Below are positions 1-12,500 of a DNA stretch of 64,000 nt, piece after piece. The stretch comes from Haliotis rufescens (taxonomy: Eukaryota). Each line of letters starts with the position of its first letter. Position 1 is the first letter of the stretch. The position numbers were made by a program, and so were the translations under genes. The stretch is from NCBI RefSeq assembly GCF_023055435.1, contig NW_025963824.1, positions 32,674,001 through 32,738,000 on the forward strand, read 5' to 3'. The notes under the pieces were generated by a model. It was not told where the DNA came from. It did no database searches and worked only from the letters and a program-made list of their open reading frames with translations.

Positions 1-465
1 AGCAGCCCTTGTTGCCTCCGGGAAGGTCCAGGTTGGAATTGGTCTTCAGCAACCCTTGTTGCCTCCGGGAAGATCCAGGTTTGGATTGGTCTTCAGCAAC
101 CCATACTTGTTCCCCGGGAAGATCCAGGTTTGGATTGGTCTTCAGCAACCCATACTTGTTCCCCGGGAAGATCCAGGTTTGGATTGGTCTTCAGCAACCC
201 TTGTTGCCTCCTGAAAGATCCATGTTGGAATGGTTTCCAGCAATCCATGCTTCTTCCCCGTTAAGATCCGTGTTGGAATTGGTCTTCAGCAACCAATGTT
301 GCCTCCGGGAAGATCCAGGTTTGGATTGGTCTTCAGCAACCCTTGTTGCCTCCGGGAAGATCCAGGTTGGAATTGGTCTTCAGCAACCCAGGCTTGTTCC
401 CCGGGAAGATCCAGGTTAGAATTGGTCTTCAACAACCCATGCTTGTACCCTGTGAAGATCCATGT
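1..465 (+). repeat. ~48-bp tandem repeat derived from the family 3 5' end
   Basis: gggaagatccaggtttggattggtcttcagcaaccc... Confidence 0.9.
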
Positions 466-1469
466 CACATGTCCCACAACATTTGGGATTATCTACAGAT
501 CATTCACATGCCTGTATAAAACTTGTGGAAACTTGTACACCGATTAAACTACACCTTAATGACTTAAAGAAACCACATTGATTAACAACATCTGGTTCAT
601 GTGATTCACACTGTATGTTGGTTAATTACGCACTCAGCAATATTCCAGCTCTATGACGGGGGTCTGTAAATAATCGAGTCTGGACCAGACAACCCAGTGA
701 TTGACATCATGAGCATCGATCCACGCAATTGGGATCGATGACATGCATCAAGGTAGTCAGCAAGTCTGACCACCCGACCCTGTTAGTCGCCTCTTACGAC
801 AAGCATAGTCGCCTCTTACGGCAAGCATGGATTGCTGAAGACCAATTCTACCCTGCATCTTAACCGGTCTGATTCACGCTGATTTCATTACGTGGAGTAT
901 CAAAATATAGTGGATTGCGCTGCAATACGTTGACATAGATCAATGAAAGTTTTTATATAAAAAGAAACTCTGTGTCATTGAAGTGAAGTTTCATTTCTTT
1001 CCAATGGTTCAAAAAAGAGTGTTCTTATACTTATAACAATAAGGAGGTAGCATATACTACCCAGGTAGCGTTGGGCAATAGGGGTTGGGTACCCGGGTTG
1101 TATCGTACAGTTCGCACCTTTTTTAAAAAAAACCCAGCTGTCTAGAAGGGGGTGCGCATTATACACGCAATAATGAGTTTTGATGTTTTTTCCCCCCAAC
1201 GGAAAGACATTACCTTGAGCATGTAACGCCGGAAATACCATGTCAACAAATCCATACTGAAGTACGCAAATTAATCATGTAATTACACACTCTGGCTATA
1301 AAATGAGTTATTTGTATATCTGGACTTATGTTTGTTACTTATTTCATTAATTTTATTCAAAATTCCTTTTAATATTGTTTTAATTCATTTCGGCGAAATT
1401 GTCTGTGAAGCAACTGTGTCATGATTTTACATAAATTAATGATGTATTGCTGTAAAATGTACATGTTTG

Positions 1470-1765
1470 ATTTTATGCCGCTTTTAGCAATATTCCAGCA
1501 GTATCACAGCGGGGGTTACACATTGTACCCATATTGGGAATCGAGCCCGGGTCTTCCGGTGTGATGAGCGAACTCTTTAAACACCAGCGGGGAGGTCGGG
1601 TAGCCTAGTGGTTAAAGCGTTTGCTCGTCACACCGAAGACCCGGGTTCGATTCCAGACATGGGTACAATGTGTGAAGCCCATTTCTGGTGTCCCCCACCG
1701 TGATATTGCTGGAATATTGCTAAAAGCAGCGTAAAACCATACTCACTCACTCACTTTAAACACTA
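1470..1765. mobile_element. Family 1 SINE (+, 1587-1754) nested in an older minus-strand family 1 copy
   Basis: ctttaaacac duplicated either side of the + copy. Confidence 0.8.
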
Positions 1766-3530
1766 GGCTAACATAATCTTGAAGGACCAAAGCTACTTTG
1801 TTCACTGTTCTTGTCCTTTAATAGATTTATTCTTGAAACACATGCTGTATTCCAATAAAATAAGATGATGAATTATTGTCTGGATACTAAATAAGAGTTA
1901 CGTGATGAAAGCATAGCAAATTCACACTGATGTCATCGGGGCGGTCGGGTGATTCGGTCAGGTGACATCAGGGGTAGATTTAACAGCAAATTTGTGTGTA
2001 GCTAGCAGGGTATGCTCCTTTTTAAAGTTACTGGCATTTCTCCGAACTAACTGAACCAGAAATAAATGTTTGACTTGGAGGCCACAAGTGTGTTACCCAG
2101 GGGGCCACACTCCGTCGCAGTGGTGACTCGGCATAACACCACTGCCACAGGCTAATTTGCATATCACGTGACCGGACTTTTCTCTTGTTTGTAAACAAAT
2201 GCGCTTTTTCAGAAATCAGTATAGAACGGACTAATGCAAGTATTTGGGGGCGCTTTACATATTGTTTTGCATAACTATATATATATGCTACTACAACTGC
2301 GACAGTGAGTTGCATGACAATATATATTTATGCATCAAAGTGACCGTGTCGCTAGCTCTCTGTTGGGCTTCGATTACACCACGTGGAGCCGTACAACCAA
2401 TGTAAACATAGGATAACTACGCAAAAACAAGTAGATATTTACGTAGTTGCATACTTTCTAAATGAAAGTTAACCATTCTTTGACATTTGTTTATGAAAAT
2501 GTGTAGACTTGTCAAACATGAAACGGATGAAAAGCATATACAAATCTTGAATGGACTGTGAAAGATGTGACGAATCGTCACATGGCGCTGGCCTGTGGCA
2601 GAGGTACTATGCTAGCTGGCTGCCGGCCTCATGGAACTCTTGGTAGGAGAGTGCTCAGAGGGCTCCAAAGATTTTAGAACTCCCCACCCCTAAAACATAA
2701 TTTCCTGCATTCTGAGATTTCATCTTGGCTTACATTTGCCTCATTTCATGGCAATTTTATGAGCAAATATAGATGTTGTTGTACACAACATAACAAAATG
2801 GCCGCCGGTCGTGTCCTTCTACCGAGATGATCTTTGTAGTTTGGATGAGTTGGTTAGGTGACTTGGTTGACAATGGGGGATCTTGCTCATGCTGTCAATC
2901 ACTGGTTTGTCTGGTTCAAATTCTGTAAAGACGAGTTCAGCGTTAACATACATTGTGATAGTCGGTGACAGTCGATAAATTGATCCATACAAAGTAGTCA
3001 TATCTTTGCTCATTAATCATTGAGTAATTAATAAAAAGTGGATTTATGTTTACAAAGTATGTCTTCTTAATGCTTGCATGCTTGCCGTAAAAGGCGACTA
3101 TGCACGTCATAAGAGGCGATTAGCCGGATCGGGTGGTCAAGCTCGCTGACTTGTTTTGATGCATGTCATTATATCACAGTTGTGTAGATCACTGGATTAT
3201 CTGGTCCAGACTCGATTATTTGCAGACCACTGTCATATAGCTGGAATATTGCTGTGTGCAGCATTAAGCAACAAACAAGCAAACTGAATGCTTGCCTTAC
3301 CGTGGAGATTCTTGTTCAAAATTGTCCTCAATACTTCATAATTATTTCCATGGGAATAACAATGAAACTTCTTGCACTGATTGTTGCTCATGCTGTCAAC
3401 CACTAGTTATCATGGTTATTGTGGCAGAGCCTAGCTAGATGACTGGTGTGTGTGATATGGTTGTAATGTGAGCAGATGTACAGTGAGCGGGAGGATGTCG
3501 CTGTCAGTATGTCACCTACTGTAGCAACTG

Positions 3531-3812
3531 GGGGCACGGGTGGCCCAGTCGTCTAAGGCGCCGCGATTCGCTGTGCAGAGTTGCGTCCCTTGGGCATGCC
3601 AGAAACCTATGATTGTGGGTGCGAATCCCGGTTCGCCCCGATTATGTTTCTAGGTTTATCAGCACCGTACCCATGCTCGTGGGTTTCACCGAAGTGGTAA
3701 ACGTCTGAGACCTGCATCACTTCGGGCTTTCCTCCCACATTAAGCTGACACGCCGTGATATAACTGGAATACTGTTAAAAGCGGCGTTAAACCCAACTCA
3801 CTCACTCACTCA
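3531..3812 (+). mobile_element. SINE family 4 (long tRNA-Leu-like head, ~280 bp, (ACTC)n tail)
   Basis: 15-bp TSD ctactgtagcaactg. Further copies near 16863+, 25420+, 27359+, 36925+ (partial), 48362- (head only), 51960+, 52500-, 55140+. Confidence 0.9.
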
Positions 3813-3950
3813 CTACTGTAGCAACTGAAACATCCTCAACAGGGTGCACACACCTCACCTGGTCACATGGCTGAATCTGTTGCTGTATGGACAGATGGAC
3901 ACAGTAGGAGACAATGTCACATGTTTGATAATGACCAATGTGACATGTTT

Positions 3951-4278
3951 GAGATGAGGTGAAACGGGGTTTAACGTCGCGTCCATGATTATTGCACTTA
4001 TATAGCGACGTGCATGTTCGTGTGTGTGTGTGTGTGTGGCTGCTTGTACTAGTCCGGACTGATGCCGATTTATAGTGCTAGCACTCTGAGATACCATGAC
4101 ACAGTATACTGACTCTGAGCTGACCAGTCCTTGTTTTAGCCCCTCAATGCCAAGCCCCAGACAGGGTAACAACAAATCGCATCTTTTGACGTCTTTTGGT
4201 ATGACGCGGCCGGGGATCGAACCCCAGACCTTCCGCTGTCTGGGCGAACGCTTAACCACTAGACCACGGAGGCGGTCG
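3951..4278 (-). mobile_element. SINE family 2 copy
   Basis: TSD gacatgtttga within a minisatellite. Confidence 0.88.
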
Positions 4279-4349
4279 ACATGTTTGATAATACTTGATG
4301 TGATATATGTTTGATAATGACCCATGTGACATGTTTGATAATGCCCTAT

Positions 4350-4449
4350 CAGGCCTCAAAGTTGCGACTAAAACGGTAGTCAATGCGACCTGAATTTCAG
4401 TTTGTCTATTGTCTAAAATTCAGAGGTGGCCAAATGACTTTGAGGCCTG
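4350..4449. mobile_element. ~100-bp mini-MITE
   Basis: caggcctcaaagt ... actttgaggcctg TIRs interrupting a minisatellite. Confidence 0.65.
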
Positions 4450-5519
4450 CCTTTGTGACATATGTGATAATGCACTATATGACATGTTTGATAATGCCCT
4501 ATGTGATATGGTTGATAATGCCCTACGTCATATGTTTGATAATGTCCTATGTGATATGGTTGATAATGCCCTATGGCACATGTTTGATAATGCCCTAAGA
4601 GATATATTTTTTATCGTAACCGATGATCCTATGTGTTATGTTTCATTTTGCCATATGTGAAATATGTTATCAAATAGTGTTTTCAATGTAGAGCTGGGTT
4701 ACCTGTAGATTTAACCATGCTAACTTGAATTAGGAACCGAATTGCAGCTGAGGTTTCAAATGTTAAATTTGACAGGGTTAAAACTACTGGTAAACTAGCT
4801 CTACATTGAAAACACAGTATGTTTATCTCCATTCTACCATGACTAAATAAAAACGTGAACTCTTTGGAGCTAGCAAATATATTGAGTGAAGCGGCATCGG
4901 TTGAGTCCAGTGTTTTGAGAGAGCTGTCGATCTGAATTACGGAATCACCAACAACAGCCTTTAAACAAAGTATATCGCTGTATATGCTCAAGCAGTCTGT
5001 TTACACCGTAATATTTCACTCGAACATGACAGGCATTGAAAGCATATAAGCACAGCAACTTGGTAAGCTAACATGAAGTGGGTACTCCTAAAGAAAACTT
5101 AGCCAGCTTTGCAAAGCTTTCGTTCTACACCGCATGTCACCATTATGACATCATATCGCACATTATGACACAAAAGATATGATGTCACAGCCAGATTCCA
5201 AGCTCTCTGATGTCCTCAAAACTTAAGATACATTCTCTATGTAGATGTCTATCGTGTTTTCTGCACAAAATGTGTTGCCACACATCCCATGAATATTGTA
5301 GTAACCACAACTTTTCATTTTGTAAGTTATAATTGTAGATATAATTATTCTAATATGCAAATAACTAAATAACTGAAAATGAAGTTCTATTTTATAAATA
5401 TAAGCTTCCATGGTGATGTGACCATAAAATTGGCTATATCTACACAGGGGGTTTATTGTGATTTTGACAACCTCTGATTGACCATTCAGAATCGAGTAAT
5501 TTCCAAATTCATGGTAGAA

Positions 5520-6188
5520 TGTTTGATAATGCCCCATGTAATATATTTTTGATAATGCCCCATGTAATATATTTTTGATAATGTCCCATGTAATATATTT
5601 TTGATAATGCCCCATGTAATATATTTTTGATAATGCCCCATGTAATATATTTTTGATAATGCCCCAAATGATTATTGTTAATGTCCCATGTGATGTTTGA
5701 TAATGCCCCATGTGATACATGTTTGGTAATGCCCCATGTGATGTTTGATAATGCCCCATGTGATGTTTGATAATGTCCCATGTGATGTTTGATAATGCCC
5801 CATGTGATACATGTTTGATAATGCCCCATGTGATGTGTGATAATGCCCCATGTGATGTTTGATAATGTCCCATGTTATATTTGGTAATGCCCCATGTGAT
5901 GTTTGATAATGCACCATGTGATGTTTGATGATGCCCCGTGGGATTTTTGGTAATGCCCCATGTGATATATGTTATGTAAAGCCCCATGTGATATATGTTT
6001 GGTAATATCCCATGTGATATATGCTTGGTAATGCCCCATGTGATATATATGTTTGGTAATGCTCCATGTGATATATGCTTGGTAATGTCCCATGTGATAT
6101 ATGCTTGGTAATGCCCCATGTGATATATGCTTGGTAATGCCCCATGTGATATATGTTTGGTAATGCACCATGTGATATATGTTTGATA
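5520..6188 (+). repeat. 22-28-bp minisatellite abutting exon A acceptor (related units at 3915-4600)
   Basis: cccatgtgatatatgtttggtaatgc. Confidence 0.92.
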
Positions 6189-6208
6189 TCTCCCTCTCTG
6201 TGTTGCAG

Positions 6209-6541
6209 CCAATGGGGAGGACTCTGCAGGGTTTGAGGCAGGAATACGGGTGTACCAAGACGTAGATGTAGTTGTTACACAGAAGAACGGACAGTTGTTG
6301 CTCAACTGCTCTGTCAAAGCCACTTCAGACTTTGGGCCTTTCCAATACGAGTGGCTAAAGGATGACAAACTTATAGAATTTGAAGAAGTCAACCCCAAAA
6401 TAAAACTGCTTTCAAATGGGTCACTATATTTCAAAAAGTTCAGGAAACGAAAACGTCGAACGGACGAAGGAGATTACACATGTATTGTCAAGAACAGCAT
6501 TGGAAGTGTTATAGCTAACCATGTACACGTTCAAGTTGCAA
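6209..6541 (+). CDS. Exon A: Ig domain 1
   Basis: tgttgcag|CC ... GCA A|gtaagt, phase 1/1; LLLNC...W...LSNGSL...DEGDYTC. Confidence 0.9.
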
Positions 6542-9500
6542 GTAAGTACTACTTTGTATTCTTTGAGAACTGTTTTTTATATATTTGTTCAGAGTACCAA
6601 TGTTAGGCCACAATTAATTGATTATTACATTTTCATCCATTTGTTTGGCCTCAGTCAAATCTTATGCAGAATGTTAAGGTCAAAACGATGTCACACTAGA
6701 AATGACATCACAGCTGAATATTGTTGCGGTCATTCGACAGATATGGTTTTCTAAGACGGCGGTCGTGATCGGTGCATTTTTGTATTGGGGAGCTCAAAAG
6801 GATTACGAAATAATAGGTAATAAAGAAATTATTACACTGACATGTCTGTCTTACTAATATCACATAACTCATGCAAAAATTCATGTATTACCCTCGCTTT
6901 GACTCAGGAATTACTAGGGTGTGACACTTGTTTCATAAAATCAGTATGACACACAAGCTCATATAATAATCCCAATATGTCATGGCGCATTGTATTTCAT
7001 TAGCTTTTGTATGTACTTCTCAAACTTGGAGGCCTATGAAGCCTAACTGTATATTCATGATTCAAGCTAGGGTGTGTCTGAAACAAGCTCACAGAATTCT
7101 GATCACATCTGATCATTTTAAACAAGGCCTTAATGCTTTAAATTTACGTTTTCGTCAGTGGTATTCTTGATGAACAAGGGCGGTGAGGTAACCTTGTGGT
7201 TAAAGTGTTTGTCGTCACACCGAAGTCCCATTTTTGATTTTGTTTTTGAGGTACAATGTATGAAGCCCATTTCTAGTGTCCCCTGGTTTAAGCGTTCACT
7301 TGTCACGCCGGGGACCCGTGTTCGATTCCCAACATGGGTACAATGTATGAAGCCCATTTCTAGTTTCCCCTGGTTACAGCGTTCGCTCGTCACCCCGAGG
7401 ACCCGGGTTCGAATCCCAACATGGGTACATTGTATGAAGCCCATTTCTAGTGTCCCCTGCCATGATATTGCTACAATAGTGCTCAAAGCGGCTGAAAACA
7501 ATATGCACTCACTCGTGTTGAACATTCATTTTTGGCCCTCTGCTTTGCCAGTTGTGTTATATTTGTTGTGACAGTTAACGTGCTGTGAGAATGCCAGTTT
7601 CTGTTATTATCCTTCTCTTGCCCTTCATGATCTTTCTGAACCGACAAAATATTCCAGAACATTTTTTGCCGAGCTGGAGTGTTGTTGATCTGATTTTTAA
7701 AATGATATGCCAGGAGGCAATTTGTTTTGTCTTTTATCTTTTAGATTTTATTTTATTTTATTGTTTTGTACCAATTGTTCATGGACAAATGATGGAGTCT
7801 GTGTACATTTGTGTCCGTGTGGTTAATCAGAACTCGAATCGGGAATGTTGGGTGGGACAACTCTAGGTCATTACTAGGATTTATTTGTTTTTGTTTTGAG
7901 AAAGTTACATTGTGGATGAGTAATAGTTGGAAAGATATAAACAAACTTTGAAAGAAAGTTTATCTTTGTCTCACATACGTATAATGATATGCATACATAC
8001 AAAATGTATCAATAAATTATGAAAATATTTTTAAGAACATTCCTTATTGTGCATAATTGCCTAAACATGTTTGTGTTCCTTGGAGTGAGTGAGTGAGTGA
8101 GTGAGTATGGTTTTACGCCGCTTTTAGCAATATTCCAGCAATATCACGGCGGGGGTCACCAGAAATGGGCTTCACACATTGTACCCATGTCGGGAATCGA
8201 ACCCGGGTCTTCGGCGTGACGAGCGAACGCTTTAACCACTCGGCTACCCGACCGCCCTCCTTGGAACAATTATATGAGGGAGACACGTTCTGTTCTGACC
8301 GCCTCCGTGGTCTAGTGGTAGAGCGTCCGCCCGGAGAGCGGAAGGTCCAGGGTTCGATCCCGGGCTGCGTCATACAAAAAGACGTTAAAAGATTGTACTT
8401 GTTGTTACCCTGTCTGGCGCTCAGCATTAAGGGGCTAAAACAAGGACTGGTCTGCTCGGAGTCAGTATACGGTGTCTGAGTGGGGTATTCATGTTAAACT
8501 GCGGCATGGTATCTCAGTGAGCTAGCACTATAAATCAGCATCAGTCCGGACTAGTACAAGCAGCCACACACACACATACACGTACATGCACGTCGCTATA
8601 TAAGTGCAATAATCTTGGACGCGACGTTAAACCCCATTTCACCTCACCTCACCTCACGTTCTGTCCTAGACCTTCCCCAGAGTGTTTGCGCTGCCCACCT
8701 GCAGCCGTTAGGAGGGGAGAGACAGGGTACCAGTCTAGCTCTATCCCACCTATTTCCCCATACAGCATTTCGCTGCGGTGAAACGTTGACCCATTTCCGT
8801 GTAACGGGTATATCCGTCGAGAGGAACGGTGACAGGCCAACAGAAAATCGCTGTGCGAGGAAAATGTTATTAAAATTAAAGTTAGAATCTGTACCCCCCC
8901 ATTCTAAAAATCCCTTTTATCCAGACTCGTATGGGGATTTTCTGCCATATATATTTTTGTCTAAAATATGAACCATGTATAGCAGTACTCAGACCAGACG
9001 AATACTTATCTTGATACAAACAACACGTTCAATGTATGACAAATCAAGATCATTCGGCATCATCCATAATGGTATTATGATTGTGAATTATTGAAGGACT
9101 TCAGTAATATAATGAGGATAAGTAATGGAAAAAAAATGCCAATTGGTATTGTACTAATTGGGACATATTATCGTGGCATTTTGTCTGGCATTCAATTATA
9201 CCACTAGTACCGAATCGTGCACACCCAAGCATAATGCACCCCCACAGGGAATGTGGGTGTTTGGGAAAAATGCTTTTTCGAGTTTTATGTGCAGGAAAAA
9301 AAGTACATTGTATTGCTTCATGTGAATGAGGGGTGGTCGGGTAGCCTTGTGGTTAAACCGTTCGCTCGTCGTGCCGAAGACCTGGGTTCGATTCCCGACA
9401 TGGGTACAATGTGTGAAGCCCATTTCTGGTGTCCCTCGCCTTGATATTGCTGGAATATTGCTAAAAGCAGCGTAAAACCATACTCACGCACTCACTCACT

Positions 9501-12500
9501 CATTGCAATTAAATTCCCAATTAAGTACGTTTTTAATTTACTAGGCTTAGTTTTGTTTAACTGTCAACGTGTTTATTCAACAGTCTCCAGTACACACCTT
9601 CTCCAACACTTGCTGATAGTTGTAAAAACAGAGGGAATTGATTTCAGCTTTTCCAGTTAGATATCACGTGTTACGTTACGTGAGTTGATCACGTTGTCTC
9701 AAGTTCAGAAACTGTAATTTCATTATTGGTTATTTTATTTCTACTTTGTTGCTTATTTCAATGCAACCATATAATTAGATAGTTATTGATGGAAACATGA
9801 AATGAAATATATATATATAAAACTGTTATACTAAAGGTGTATCAGATAATTCTAGATGATCCCACTGATGCTTACTTCCGGCTCCGGCTCCGGCTCCCTA
9901 CCGACGGATATTGATTTTTTTTTACTGTGTCAGCTGGGTTGACAATCTAGATCTAGGTGAGGGTCTTTTAAACTCTTTTGCCGAAAACATGGAGTATGAA
10001 CAGTTTCAGTTTCATGTTGTTTAACGCCACACTTAACAATATTCCAGCCATATATCGAGTCTGGACCAGACAATCCAGTGATTGATAGTATGAACAAGGC
10101 AGTCTGATACAATTGGTGTATATATACAAGAATAGTTCTTGGAACAGTTGTTACAGATGAAATACATAGTTTTGTAGTCAGCGACAGGCTCGCTATCAGA
10201 GTGAGTGAGTGAGTGAGTATGGTTTTACGCCGCTTTTAGCAATATTCCAGCAATATCACGGCGGGGGACACCAGAAATGGGCTTCACACATTGTACCCAT
10301 GTCGGGAATCGAACCCGGGTCTTCGGCGTGACGAGCGCATGCTTTAACCACTAGGCTACCCGACCGCCCCTCGCTATCAGAGGCTGGTGGACATTGCCAG
10401 TGGAACCTGATAGTAATACAGCTATACAAAACTGTGAGATGTTCTACCCTACATGCACACTTCCACCCATCCCCCATCATACACCCCCCACTCCCACCCT
10501 CTTAAAGCAGTGTTAATCCCAACTTACTTACTCACTCACTCACTCATACCACTAATAATGTGATAAATCATATCACGTCCACGTGTCATACCACTAGGAA
10601 TGTGATAAATCATATCATGTCCATATGTCATACCACTAGGAATGTTATAAATCATATCACGTCCACGTGTCATACCACAAGGAATGTGATAAATCATATC
10701 ACGTCCACGTGTCATACCACTAGGAATGTGATAAATCATATCATGTCCATATGTCATACCACTAGGAATGTAATAAATCATATCACGTCCACGTGTCATA
10801 CCACAAGGAATGTGATAAATCATATCACGTCCATGTGTCATACCACTAGGAATGTGATAAATCATATCATGTCCATATGTCATACCACTAGGAATGTGAT
10901 AAATCATATCACGTCCACGTGTCATACCACAAGGAATGTGATAAATCATATCATGTCCACGTGTCATACCACAAGGAATGAGATAAGATAAAATAAGATA
11001 AGATAATATTTATTGCAGAAACGTTCCATTACGGGACAGATGAAATTTTAAAAGACAAGACATTATGATTCATATATACATATATACAGACATACATAAT
11101 TTACATTCCTGTAGACACATACAAAAACAAAATAATCAATCTTACATATTTGATGATATTTTTATACATGAAACGTCAACGGTTGATTATGAAGGGGTAT
11201 TTATTGTTTAAAATTATAGATATGGAAACAAATGCAGTTGATATTGACTGCTTCATTATTTGACAGGATGTAGTGAAATAATTTATCTTCATGACTGTGA
11301 ACATTTACATTTACATTTTGTCTGGATAATTTTTCAAAGAGTTTATTTCTTTCTTGAGTGTGTTTAATACAGTGAAGTAAGTAGTGATTTTCGTCATCAA
11401 TGGTTGAACATGTAGAGCATAGCCTCTGATGTAGTGGGGTTGGTGGCTTTGTATGTCTTCCAAGTTCAATATTTAATTTATGGTTACTTAATCTTAGTTT
11501 AGAAAAGTGAACTCGATATTTTTTTACTTTACAGTGACTGAGATAGGGTTCTAATTTTATTTCATTTTAACTATCCTATATGTCCTAAGTTTGTTTCCTG
11601 TGCGTCTTGTTGCATTTACATCTTGAAGAGATTCCTCGAAGAGGGAGTTGAATTTAGATTTGATTGTCTCTTTGAATATTGGTGATAGGAAAGCTGAAGT
11701 ACTCAAATTGTGTTTCCCTAAGAATAGATTGAGCTGGTAAACCCATCCTAATCGTTTTTTCACCAAATATGTACTTTCTGTAAAAGCGTTCTGAAGTATT
11801 ATGTTTTTGGAAGAACATACATGGTGATAAAAATTTGCTATTTTGATTAATACTGTGTAGATAAGAGGGTAGAGTCCAAGTTCTGCTTGGCTTGCCCAGT
11901 TGTGTGTTGTTTTGTTGACACCTAATATGGATTTACAAAATTTGAGCTGCAGTTTTTCGGGGATAAATGAATCAAAGTTGTTCAGGAGGATTGATTCTAC
12001 ACCCCAGATTTCACTATTATATAAAATTACCTCAAGAGAGGTTTAGCACTGTTTTTAAGTTTACCATTAGCGTATTCCTAAATAATTATAACTATCTGTA
12101 ACTGGTATTTTTGTATCACCCATGGTCCAAGTATTCTTTTCTTCTGTTTTAATTGATTTTCCAAACACTACAAGATTTGTTTTATCACTATTAATCTTAA
12201 GGTTATTTGTGGCACAAAATACCTTTAGTCCATCAAGTAACACTTGTAGTTTTTAGGGGGAATCGGCAAATAGAACTAAATCATCGGCAAACAACAAATG
12301 ACAAATGTTGAAACCATTGAGTGTTATATTTTTGCTATCAGATTTGATATAATGTGGAAGGTCATTGAGGAATATATTAAATAATGTGGGAGACAAAATG
12401 CACCTTTGCCGTACCCCAATGTTGGATTTAAAGGATTGTGAAATGCCCTTGTCAGTTTTCACTTTATAAGAGATATCACTGTATAGTGATGATATTATTT

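Noticed and set aside
5223-6434. 403-aa minus-strand ORF
   Set aside because: Antisense of exon A fused to minisatellite translation; no independent coding signal.
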